The notes beneath the pieces were generated by a model, which saw only the letters and a list, made by a program, of their open reading frames with translations, did no database searches and was not told the origin of the DNA. Below are positions 1 through 6,923 of a stretch of DNA of 24,831 nucleotides, one piece after another. The number at the start of each line of letters is the position of its first letter. The first letter of the stretch is position 1. Location: positions 1 to 24,831 of IMG/VR virus record IMGVR_UViG_3300025803_000093. The stretch is one strand, 5' to 3'. Source of the stretch: a virus. Lineage: Duplodnaviria > Caudoviricetes. The position numbers and the translations under genes were made by a program.

Positions 1-145
1 CCCCCCTATGGCCCATTAAAGGCTATATTGGATGGTATCTGTATAAAACCCCCCTATTTGCACTATCGACTGTTGTCGATATTATGCAGGGGTGACTTTA
101 AAACCCTGTCAATCGCTATTGGCGATTGTCTTTATGTCGTTAATT

Positions 146-167
146 GTCAGCAAAGCTGACTTTTTTT
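146..167 (+). terminator. Putative intrinsic terminator
   Basis: 6-bp stem GTCAGC/GCTGAC, AAA loop, followed by seven T. Confidence 0.5.
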
Positions 168-267
168 GTTGGTGATTAGATTCCATCAGTCTGGCGACGA
201 TGAAATATAATCATTGTTGATTATAATATCAGTAGTCAGTTAACTTTCGGCGAAATCGTTTGATTAA

Positions 268-325
268 TTGATTGCTGATATTGATATAACCTATTGATAT
301 TACTGTGATAGTTGATTGCTGATAT
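268..325 (+). repeat. 14-bp perfect direct repeat TTGATTGCTGATAT
   Basis: Copies at 268-281 and 312-325, 44 bp apart. Confidence 0.85.
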
Positions 326-340
326 ATCAATAGACATACT
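312..340 (+). promoter_or_regulatory. Putative sigma70-type early promoter
   Basis: TTGATT (312-317), 17-bp spacer, CATACT (335-340), about 50 nt upstream of the first early gene. Confidence 0.35.
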
Positions 341-393
341 AATAAGTGCTAATTCTAACCATATAGATAAGCACATCAAACAAGGAGGTGTAT

Positions 394-585
394 ATGAAAT
401 CATATCAAGTAAAAATAGATATGGATAATAAATCATTATTAGATACTTTAACACATATAGTTGTAACAAAACTAGGTGTTAATCTAGGTCAAGTATATTA
501 CAATAGTGACATACATATAGCTAATTCAACCTGCGAAAAATTGCAGGAATTTGGCTTTAAAACTAAAATAATTAACAACCAATAA
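394..585 (+). CDS. Early hypothetical protein (63 aa)
   Basis: Strong SD AAGGAGGTG just before ATG at 394. Confidence 0.75.
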   Translation: MKSYQVKIDMDNKSLLDTLTHIVVTKLGVNLGQVYYNSDIHIANSTCEKLQEFGFKTKIINNQ

Positions 586-597
586 AAGGAGATAAAT

Positions 598-729
598 ATG
601 TTAAGTACAATCGTGTTAACACTATTAGGTGTATGGTTAACTTTAATGATAATTGGATGGATTATAGGAGGTGTATTCTCTTATAAAATGTGGAAATCCA
701 TACTATCAGATGACAAATCTAGTAAGTAA
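598..729 (+). CDS. Small membrane protein (43 aa, MLSTIVLTLLGVWLTLMIIGWIIGGVFSYKMWKSILSDDKSSK)
   Basis: Translated by hand; SD AAAGGAG; long hydrophobic N-terminus; below the ORF-track cutoff. Confidence 0.8.
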   Translation: MLSTIVLTLLGVWLTLMIIGWIIGGVFSYKMWKSILSDDKSSK

Positions 730-731
730 TA

Positions 732-763
732 TAGTGTACCTAGCCTTAGTGTTAGGTATATTA
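732..763 (+). promoter_or_regulatory. Intergenic RNA hairpin H1
   Basis: 13-bp stem TAGTGTACCTAGC/GTTAGGTATATTA with three G-U pairs; no U-tract. Confidence 0.7.
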
Positions 764-785
764 AATATAATGTAAAGGAGATGAT

Positions 786-968
786 ATGAACTATAATATA
801 CAATCAAAAGTAGAAGAATGTATAGATAATGAGATAAATTATTATCTTACTGAGTATGAGTTTTTCTGCCCAGCAGATCCAATACTTAAACTTAGGAATA
901 AAATATACTCAAAGTTCGTTGTTGCGAGCAAAAACAAACTTTGTCAGAAAGGAGACAATAATGACTAA
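786..968 (+). CDS. Early hypothetical protein (60 aa)
   Basis: SD AAAGGAG; overlaps the start of the next gene. Confidence 0.7.
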   Translation: MNYNIQSKVEECIDNEINYYLTEYEFFCPADPILKLRNKIYSKFVVASKNKLCQKGDNND

Positions 969-1158
969 AGAAACTAAATATGTACCATATACGCAATCTA
1001 AATCATTAGAAGAACGTATAGCTTATGTTAAGGCTAATCCCGATAAATATAAGCCACATACTGAATGGTTAGAACAACCAGTAAAACAAAAAGATATATT
1101 TAATATGAAAAAAGAAATTGAAATTCTTAAAAAATATATCGATTCAATTAAACAATAA
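961..1158 (+). CDS. Early hypothetical protein (65 aa)
   Basis: SD AAAGGAG precedes ATG 961, preferred over the track start at 856. Confidence 0.8.
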   Translation: MTKETKYVPYTQSKSLEERIAYVKANPDKYKPHTEWLEQPVKQKDIFNMKKEIEILKKYIDSIKQ

Positions 1159-1167
1159 TAACTAATA

Positions 1168-1201
1168 GCATTGCCTAGTCGCTTTGTAGGCTAGGCATTG
1201 C
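1168..1201 (+). promoter_or_regulatory. Intergenic RNA hairpin H2
   Basis: TGCCTAGTC/GGCTAGGCA stem extended by GCA/TGC, loop GCTTTGTA. Confidence 0.7.
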
Positions 1202-1218
1202 AAAATAAAGGAAATGAT

Positions 1219-1422
1219 ATGAATATATATGATTTAGCAGGAGTAAATGAGAGAGAGGCTATGGACTTAGAGTATAAAATAAGTGACTCTTTGGATCTAT
1301 CGGAATTTACAGATAGAGAGCATAGACTCATATATCAATTAGCAGGTGCAGATTTACTAAACTCTAGCACAACTAGAGGATTAGTAATGTTATATGCTAA
1401 AAATATAATACAGGAGGACTAA
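1219..1422 (+). CDS. Acidic early hypothetical protein (67 aa)
   Basis: SD AAAGGA before ATG 1219; TAATG coupling to the next gene. Confidence 0.75.
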   Translation: MNIYDLAGVNEREAMDLEYKISDSLDLSEFTDREHRLIYQLAGADLLNSSTTRGLVMLYAKNIIQED

Positions 1423-1622
1423 TGGGAATGCCAATACCCTTACAATATCAATATAAAATAAAAGTAAGTAAAGTTTATTATCGGACTATAGAAGGTAATA
1501 AAGAGGATACCTTACGTTTAGTTAATTATGATATTAATGATAATGATTACACTTCTTGGGATTTTCACCATAGTAGTGTAGAAATACTTAAAATAAAAAG
1601 AAAGGATCAATTAGATGACTAA
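1422..1622 (+). CDS. Early hypothetical protein (66 aa)
   Basis: SD AGGAGG; TAATG overlap. Confidence 0.75.
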   Translation: MGMPIPLQYQYKIKVSKVYYRTIEGNKEDTLRLVNYDINDNDYTSWDFHHSSVEILKIKRKDQLDD

Positions 1623-1782
1623 GACACCCAAAGGTTTTACAGCAAAACAATATGCAAACCATTTATTATGGTTATCACAATTCACAGATTGCAAGGAGGT
1701 AAAGAGTGTACCGAGTCGTAATAAAAGGAAAGTTCAAAGAAAGACCAATAAATCTGACAAGAGCAGTTCAGCTCATGTATAG
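1615..1782 (+). CDS. Small basic hypothetical protein (55 aa, MTKTPKGFTAKQYANHLLWLSQF...)
   Basis: Translated by hand; SD AAAGGA; fills the 1622-1706 gap; 3' part overlaps the next gene. Confidence 0.6.
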   Translation: MTKTPKGFTAKQYANHLLWLSQFTDCKEVKSVPSRNKRKVQRKTNKSDKSSSAHV

Positions 1783-2008
1783 GCAGCCATTTACTGGATC
1801 TATTAAGAGTGAGCATATATCTTGGTGGAAACAATATTGGTTAAAATCAATTAACTTAGAAATAATAAAACCAAAGACAGGATGGATTACACTTGTCAAA
1901 GTATATAGAGAAGGAAAGCCATCTATAAGAGTAATAACTGTGCCAAACAGCTCCGACCAGCGAGAGCTGCTTGTCATGAAAAAACTATATGGAGTAAATA
2001 ATGCGTAA
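1706..2008 (+). CDS. Basic early hypothetical protein (100 aa, GTG start)
   Basis: Strong SD AAGGAGGT. Confidence 0.8.
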   Translation: MYRVVIKGKFKERPINLTRAVQLMYRQPFTGSIKSEHISWWKQYWLKSINLEIIKPKTGWITLVKVYREGKPSIRVITVPNSSDQRELLVMKKLYGVNNA

Positions 2009-2402
2009 AAACAATAAACAATTAAAAATACTAAAACAGATAGCTAAACAGCTATTATTACATAGAGTGTGGAATGGTAAAAACCAAGAGTCTATAGCTA
2101 ATATTCTTGGAGTATCATTTCAACAATATCAAAAAGTTGAGAAATGTGAAAACAGAATATATGCACATCAGCTTATGGAAATATGCCAACACGAAAAATG
2201 GGATATTGATGTTATAGCAAATGCTGATCCAATGATCACGTTAGATGAGTGGTCTAAAGTTTCTAAACCAGTTCAAGCATCTGGTATAGATTCATCTTAT
2301 AGTAACATAGTTAACAAATTTAATAAGATTGATAACAATGCTTACTGTAATTTTTATAGAATAAAAAAAGTTGAAACCATATTACCAATGAAAGGAGATT
2401 AA
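2001..2402 (+). CDS. XRE/Cro-C1 family helix-turn-helix regulator
   Basis: NQESIANILGVSFQQYQKVEKCENRI matches the alphaproteobacterial HTH pattern SQxxLxxxLGxxFQQxQKYExGxNRI. Confidence 0.85.
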   Translation: MRKNNKQLKILKQIAKQLLLHRVWNGKNQESIANILGVSFQQYQKVEKCENRIYAHQLMEICQHEKWDIDVIANADPMITLDEWSKVSKPVQASGIDSSYSNIVNKFNKIDNNAYCNFYRIKKVETILPMKGD

Positions 2403-2611
2403 TGAATGGAATTATTAGTTTGGCTCGCTTTTTGGCCTTTAGTATTGCTGGTGTAGCAGTAAGAAAAAGCTGGAATTGGCTTACAGCTGATGTCGATCCA
2501 ATTCCTGGAACGAAAGAATTTGATGATGAATATCGTCAAGTAAAAGCAAAGTATATACGACTAACTAAAAAAAAGGAGGAATATAATGATGCGATTAAAA
2601 AAATTAGGTGA
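2402..2611 (+). CDS. Hypothetical protein with N-terminal hydrophobic helix (69 aa)
   Basis: SD AAAGGAG; TAATG overlap. Confidence 0.75.
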   Translation: MNGIISLARFLAFSIAGVAVRKSWNWLTADVDPIPGTKEFDDEYRQVKAKYIRLTKKKEEYNDAIKKIR

Positions 2612-2771
2612 TGTTGTTTTATCTACAGCAACATATCCTATTAGATTTTGCATAGGTGCTTATAAAGCTATTGATAAGCATATACCAGAATCTATTGAGT
2701 TACCAATTGAAATCAAAATAAAGGAGGATAAAGATGGAAACAGTAGAGACAAAACTTTCTTTGGAAGATAG
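2586..2771 (+). CDS. Hypothetical protein (61 aa)
   Basis: SD AAGGAGG. Confidence 0.7.
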   Translation: MMRLKKLGDVVLSTATYPIRFCIGAYKAIDKHIPESIELPIEIKIKEDKDGNSRDKTFFGR

Positions 2772-3009
2772 AGTTTCAAAGAAAATGGGTTTAGCTAAAT
2801 GGATACATGAATTGTATTATCAAAATGCTGAACTATTTCAATCAGATCCAAGATATAAAAGTTTGCCACAGTTTTTGCAAACATCTGGTATCTCGTCTAC
2901 ATTCATAGCTTTAAAAGAAGCATTGGATAAAAACAGAGATGCTAGAGAAACTGCTGAGCAATTAGTAGATATATCTAAATCTAAAACAAAGACTAAAAAG
3001 TCTGCGTAA
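2734..3009 (+). CDS. Hypothetical helical protein (91 aa)
   Basis: SD AAGGAGG. Confidence 0.8.
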   Translation: METVETKLSLEDRVSKKMGLAKWIHELYYQNAELFQSDPRYKSLPQFLQTSGISSTFIALKEALDKNRDARETAEQLVDISKSKTKTKKSA

Positions 3010-3016
3010 ACTAATA

Positions 3017-3038
3017 GGGCTAGGTGAAAGCCTGGCCC
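3017..3038 (+). promoter_or_regulatory. Intergenic RNA hairpin H3 with GAAA tetraloop, flanked by 11-bp direct repeats
   Basis: GGGCTAGG-TGAAAG-CCTGGCCC; AAACTAATAGG at 3008-3018 and 3039-3049. Confidence 0.75.
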
Positions 3039-3056
3039 AAACTAATAGGAGATAAT

Positions 3057-3650
3057 ATGAAACCAATAAGAAAAGATGAGCAAGAGTATCTTAGAAATTA
3101 TATTGCAGATAAATTTAGAGATAAACGATCTGCTTTAGAATCTGAGAGAGAGATTGATGTAGAGAAAGAATCTCAAAAAAACTATAAAAAGTTTGTTTCA
3201 ATGTTAAAGATAGAGTCTTTAAAAAAACAAGCTGAAAAACTGCAAAAAGAATATGAATCTTTTAAAACTCAAAAAGAATTAATTGAGGAAGAAAAGCATA
3301 GAAAAGTAAGAGATGCAGTTAAGAAGCTAGAAGAACATATGACCAAATGGAAGAATATAAGAAGATGGGAAGATTTTCCTAGTTTTACTTCTTATAGTGG
3401 TACTGACATTAAATTAAATAATGTTGATAGTTATATAACTAAAGTTCTTCAAGAAGAAACTAGAAAAGCATATGATAATAGTTCTAAAGGTAGAGCTATT
3501 AAAGAGCTAGATGCACAACGTGAATCTTGTGAAAATGCTTTATATTCTGGATCATCACTTGGATCAGTTAGAGGGTACATACACAATGTATTGACTAAAG
3601 CTAAAATCCAAGATGAAATGCCTAGTCAATTAATGATTGAGTCTAAATAA
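3057..3650 (+). CDS. Coiled-coil-rich hypothetical protein (197 aa)
   Basis: SD AGGAG before ATG 3057; long E/K-rich helical segments. Confidence 0.85.
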   Translation: MKPIRKDEQEYLRNYIADKFRDKRSALESEREIDVEKESQKNYKKFVSMLKIESLKKQAEKLQKEYESFKTQKELIEEEKHRKVRDAVKKLEEHMTKWKNIRRWEDFPSFTSYSGTDIKLNNVDSYITKVLQEETRKAYDNSSKGRAIKELDAQRESCENALYSGSSLGSVRGYIHNVLTKAKIQDEMPSQLMIESK

Positions 3651-3656
3651 TAATTT

Positions 3657-3691
3657 GGCAAATGCCCGGCACTTTTGCTGGGCATTATGCC
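3657..3691 (+). promoter_or_regulatory. Intergenic RNA hairpin H4
   Basis: AATGCCCGGCA-CTTT-TGCTGGGCATT extended by GGCA/TGCC across a 1-nt bulge. Confidence 0.75.
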
Positions 3692-3719
3692 CTAAAAACA
3701 ATAACCAATAGGAGTGAAT

Positions 3720-4232
3720 ATGGGATTTGATTTATATAGTACTGGAAAACATAAATCAGAAAAAGGTGAATACTTTAGAAATAATGTATGGTGGTGGAGA
3801 CCACTTTGGGATTGGACTTACGAACAATGCCAAGACATTATTACACAAAAACAATATGAACAAGGTCAATACAATGATTGTTCTACAATAAATGCAGAAA
3901 GAGCAAACCAAATAGCTGATAGGTTATTGGATCGTTTAGATGATGCAAGAGCTTATCGTATAGCTATGGAGAATGATCATAAACCAAAAGAAAAATACAA
4001 CAAGTTATTAACTGAAGCTGCTGAAATTTTTTACAATAAAATTGTAAATAAACAGAATGGTAAAATAACTTGTCCAGGCGACCTTAAAGAACTGGATAAA
4101 GATGCTTATGATAGATGGTCTGCATTGATGTTTGATATGCAATATCGTGAAACTTCTTATCCATTTCATGAAAACAACGTAAAAGAATTTGCTGAGTTCT
4201 GTAAAGAATCAGGTGGATTCACAATAGGATAA
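3720..4232 (+). CDS. Conserved phage protein of unknown function (MGFDLY...YFRNNVWWWRPLW...FCKESGGF)
   Basis: SD AGGAG before ATG 3720; the MGxDxY start and GGFxI end resemble a common phage family. Confidence 0.85.
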   Translation: MGFDLYSTGKHKSEKGEYFRNNVWWWRPLWDWTYEQCQDIITQKQYEQGQYNDCSTINAERANQIADRLLDRLDDARAYRIAMENDHKPKEKYNKLLTEAAEIFYNKIVNKQNGKITCPGDLKELDKDAYDRWSALMFDMQYRETSYPFHENNVKEFAEFCKESGGFTIG

Positions 4233-4235
4233 TAT

Positions 4236-4397
4236 ATGCTGAAACAAGAAGAACAAGTAGAGTTATTAGATAAAGCTACAGATAAAGCACTTAAACAAGT
4301 AGAAAAAGAACGTAAAGGTAAAAAACGTAATTTTATTACTGAGTGGTTTAGATATGTAGAGCTTGTTTCTAAATTTATTAAAAAACAACTAAACTAG
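4236..4397 (+). CDS. Small helical hypothetical protein (53 aa, MLKQEEQVELLDKATDKAL...)
   Basis: Translated by hand; SD AGGA; fills the gap. Confidence 0.75.
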   Translation: MLKQEEQVELLDKATDKALKQVEKERKGKKRNFITEWFRYVELVSKFIKKQLN

Positions 4398-4406
4398 GAG
4401 GTAAAA

Positions 4407-4577
4407 ATGGCAGATGATTTATATGATATAAGACATGCAATACAAGATTTTCTTGAAACTAAACTTCAAGGTGAAGTGCATGGTGCTGGATTAACTTTAA
4501 ATGAACCAAGTAGAATGGCAGATATAGAAGTTAGTTTAGGTGATAATAAATATTTAATAACAATAGAGGAGCTATAA
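4407..4577 (+). CDS. Small acidic hypothetical protein (56 aa, MADDLYDIRHAIQDFLETK...)
   Basis: Translated by hand; SD AGGAGGT; TAATG overlap with the next gene. Confidence 0.8.
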   Translation: MADDLYDIRHAIQDFLETKLQGEVHGAGLTLNEPSRMADIEVSLGDNKYLITIEEL

Positions 4578-4909
4578 TGTATAATGTAATAGTATGGAAA
4601 GATAACGATAATGAGGATATTCATGTGTTTAAAAACAAACCAACATTTAAAGATCTTTATCCATTGTTAGATTGTGATCTTATTGAGATACACAAAGGTT
4701 ATAATCCTGAAGTAAGCAAAAGATCATTTGATATGTATTGCGATGAAGAAGCAAAACTTAAAGCTACTAATTATCCAAATAGACGTGCAACTCATGCTTG
4801 GTATACTTGGATGAAAAAAACTAATAGAATGTGTTTGCCAGGCGATGGTATCTCTGGAGCAGTTGCTATTATCAAAAAAGTTGATATAAAGCTGAAGGAG
4901 GCAGCATGA
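4577..4909 (+). CDS. DUF3846-like phage protein
   Basis: LYPLLDCDLIE...MYCDEEAKLK..PNRRAT...DGISGAVAII pattern. Confidence 0.7.
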   Translation: MYNVIVWKDNDNEDIHVFKNKPTFKDLYPLLDCDLIEIHKGYNPEVSKRSFDMYCDEEAKLKATNYPNRRATHAWYTWMKKTNRMCLPGDGISGAVAIIKKVDIKLKEAA

Positions 4910-5136
4910 TAAATAAAACGTTAAAAGATGTACTTGGTGATTGCCATAATCTTGTGGCTGAGCTAAGAGAAAAACTTAAAAAAAAATGTAATGATGTTTT
5001 AAGTTTGCGTAAAGAAATAGATCGTTTAAACGAAGAACTTCAATTATGTGAATTAAGATATTCAACAATTAAAAATAAAATAGATGAATATGTAAAAGAT
5101 CCATTAAATAGGAGAATAGATGACGATACAAGATGA
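4906..5136 (+). CDS. Coiled-coil hypothetical protein (76 aa)
   Basis: SD AAGGAGG; ATGA overlap; heptad leucines. Confidence 0.75.
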   Translation: MINKTLKDVLGDCHNLVAELREKLKKKCNDVLSLRKEIDRLNEELQLCELRYSTIKNKIDEYVKDPLNRRIDDDTR

Positions 5137-5359
5137 AATTATACAACATGTAATAAGTACTAATAAAGCTAAAAAGTTTAATAAAGAAAAAATTCAGAAT
5201 GAATTAGATGATTGTTTAGAATGTCTTACAATTTTAGACAATGCTATTGAATCTACTTATTTTGATGATAAACATTCTTTGATTATGCAATCTTGGTGTA
5301 AAGAATATAAAACAAGATTAAATAATTTAAGAGAACAATTAAAGGATAATAATGGATAA
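5120..5359 (+). CDS. Hypothetical helical protein (79 aa)
   Basis: SD AGGAG. Confidence 0.75.
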   Translation: MTIQDEIIQHVISTNKAKKFNKEKIQNELDDCLECLTILDNAIESTYFDDKHSLIMQSWCKEYKTRLNNLREQLKDNNG

Positions 5360-5516
5360 TTCAGTACAATTAAAAATGATGTTAGCTTCTAAGCAATTAG
5401 AAATTGATAAACTAAAACAAAAGATAAAGGAGATGGAAAATGATTCAAGCAGACAGCGAGATACTGAGACTAGAAAAACGTCAAAGAGGTCTACAAAGAG
5501 TAGCAACAGCGATTAA
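5352..5516 (+). CDS. Small coiled-coil protein (54 aa, MDNSVQLKMMLASKQLEIDKLKQKIKE...)
   Basis: Translated by hand; SD AAAGGA; 3' part overlaps the next gene. Confidence 0.6.
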   Translation: MDNSVQLKMMLASKQLEIDKLKQKIKEMENDSSRQRDTETRKTSKRSTKSSNSD

Positions 5517-5739
5517 TGATCTTACCATTTATGGTATATATCCAACTAATTTCCCAAGATTAGTTAAAGCTGCTGAACATTTTAAAGATCATTTGAAAGC
5601 AGAAATATCTGCAACTAAACAACGTATCATTGAAATTGGTGGTAATTCTATTGAAGAAATATATACAGATCCATTAAAGAGTGAAGCTCAGAAAGAACAA
5701 GATCAAGTTAATGATATGTATACTACAAAAGGTATTTAA
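5440..5739 (+). CDS. Hypothetical helical protein (99 aa), last gene of the early array
   Basis: SD AAAGGAG. Confidence 0.8.
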   Translation: MIQADSEILRLEKRQRGLQRVATAINDLTIYGIYPTNFPRLVKAAEHFKDHLKAEISATKQRIIEIGGNSIEEIYTDPLKSEAQKEQDQVNDMYTTKGI

Positions 5740-5741
5740 AG

Positions 5742-5924
5742 TTTTACTGGTTAGGAACTAAGCCTTATTGAGGATCCAGGAAACCCTATTAAATTATTCC
5801 TGGTAAGTGAGTAACACTTTATAAACAAAGCCAGTTAAAAAATTCTGTAGAGTGAGTATGTGGATCCTATTAAAAACAAGTTATCTCACATATGGATACA
5901 CCCATCTGGGAGACTAGATGGGTG
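5742..5924 (+). ncRNA. Candidate structured RNA: multibranch domain, second hairpin and terminal GAGA-tetraloop hairpin
   Basis: ACTGGTT/AGCCAGT (5746-52/5829-35) encloses CCTT/GAGG, CCAGGAA/TTCCTGG and AAGTG/CACTT; TATGTGGAT/ATCTCACATA (5857-92); CACCCATCTGG-GAGA-CTAGATGGGTG (5899-5924). G-U pairs favour the + strand. Confidence 0.5.
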
Positions 5925-5925
5925 G

Positions 5926-6228
5926 CTAAATTTCTGTAATTTTAATTACCCAAGATTTAGGTATCATAGTACGATCACCAAAAGTTAATGTACCATCATC
6001 TTCTTTATCATATGATGCAAACATTTTAATTGATGTACGATCTTTAGAGAAGATCCATCCTTCATTAACTGGATTAGCCAGTTTCATATTTTTAAATTCT
6101 TTTTCAGATGCCCAAGCACTATCAGATACACAATCTACCCATTCAACTCTATATTTAATATAAGGTATATCGTTAGAGTCTTTATCTTTTATAGATTTCT
6201 TTTTTTTAGTGTAACGTTTTTTTGTCAT
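5926..6228 (-). CDS. Small beta-barrel protein, possible Sm/Hfq-like fold, with basic N-terminal tail
   Basis: YRVEWVD...EGWIFSKDRTSIKM (Sm1-like) and FGDRTMIPKSWVIKI (Sm2-like, compare Hfq MVYKHAISTV). The fold is inference. Confidence 0.5.
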   Translation of the reverse strand: MTKKRYTKKKKSIKDKDSNDIPYIKYRVEWVDCVSDSAWASEKEFKNMKLANPVNEGWIFSKDRTSIKMFASYDKEDDGTLTFGDRTMIPKSWVIKITEI

Positions 6229-6466
6229 GAGCTGCCCAAATATAATCTTTATATTCTTCTATATCTTGATTTATGTTTTCTTCATCAAAAACTAATTGAA
6301 GATAAGTGCTATAAATTATAGCAAGAGCCATAGCATCTGCAGCTTTAATAGATAAATGTGGATTTTGTTCTTTTAAAAAATCACCAATAATTTCTGGTTT
6401 AACACCAGTAAGAAATTTATCTGAATATGGTTGTTTTACCTTCGGAAATTTATATATTTTTGTCAT
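6206..6466 (-). CDS. Hypothetical protein (86 aa)
   Basis: SD GAGGT; overlaps the next gene. Confidence 0.75.
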   Translation of the reverse strand: MTKIYKFPKVKQPYSDKFLTGVKPEIIGDFLKEQNPHLSIKAADAMALAIIYSTYLQLVFDEENINQDIEEYKDYIWAAHDKKTLH

Positions 6467-6500
6467 AAGAACATACCTCTAGCGAGGATAACTATATCTA

Positions 6501-6923
6501 TTAATTGGGTTGCAGTAAAAATTCAATGTTGTTTTGTATCTTAGGTACAAGTTTATTATAAACATCTATCCATAGTTTAGAGTCATCATAAAAAAAATTC
6601 TTATTTTTCCACATATTTTGATGATGATCATAGAATATCTGACATATTGGTAAAGGATCTATATCAATTTTAGCCCAAAAATCACGTTCTGACATACCAC
6701 AATTATGCAATTGATGATGATGCTTTACACATAGAGGTATGGTAAATTGATCACCTACTTTTTGGGATATACCACGAAATTGAGCATAAGTAATATGGTG
6801 TGCATTACATCCATATTGTTGACATATTAGACAAGGATTAGAAGCTACCCATTTAAGATATTTCTTATCTTTTATTTTTAGTTCCTTGTCCTTTAATAGT
6901 GTTTCGCACTTTCGTGTACCCAT
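6501..6923 (-). CDS. DUF968-like zinc-binding HNH-fold protein
   Basis: YLKWVASNPCLIC...AHH...GISQKVGDQFTIPLCVKHHHQLH signature. Confidence 0.8.
   Translation of the reverse strand: MGTRKCETLLKDKELKIKDKKYLKWVASNPCLICQQYGCNAHHITYAQFRGISQKVGDQFTIPLCVKHHHQLHNCGMSERDFWAKIDIDPLPICQIFYDHHQNMWKNKNFFYDDSKLWIDVYNKLVPKIQNNIEFLLQPN

Larger units (their letters stand above)
59..375. promoter_or_regulatory. Non-coding leader with tandem inverted repeats (control region, possible genome end, origin or structured RNA)
   Basis: TATCGAC-4-GTCGATA (64-81), CAGGG..CCCTG (87-108), CAATCGC-5-GCGATTG (110-128), GTCAGC-3-GCTGAC (146-160), TATAATCA-4-TGATTATA (206-225), CTATTGATAT..ATATCAATAG (291-333); no credible ORF. 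Confidence 0.65.

Noticed and set aside
236-469. Minus-strand 77-aa ORF
   Set aside because: No SD, antisense to the first early gene and spans the hairpin leader.
5746-5835. Cloverleaf-like fold as a tRNA
   Set aside because: No GTTCRA T-loop, 14-nt central loop, no D-loop consensus and no 3' CCA after the closing stem.
6476-6487. CCTC-GCTA-GAGG hairpin over the SD of the 6466 gene
   Set aside because: Only four base pairs; too weak to distinguish from chance.
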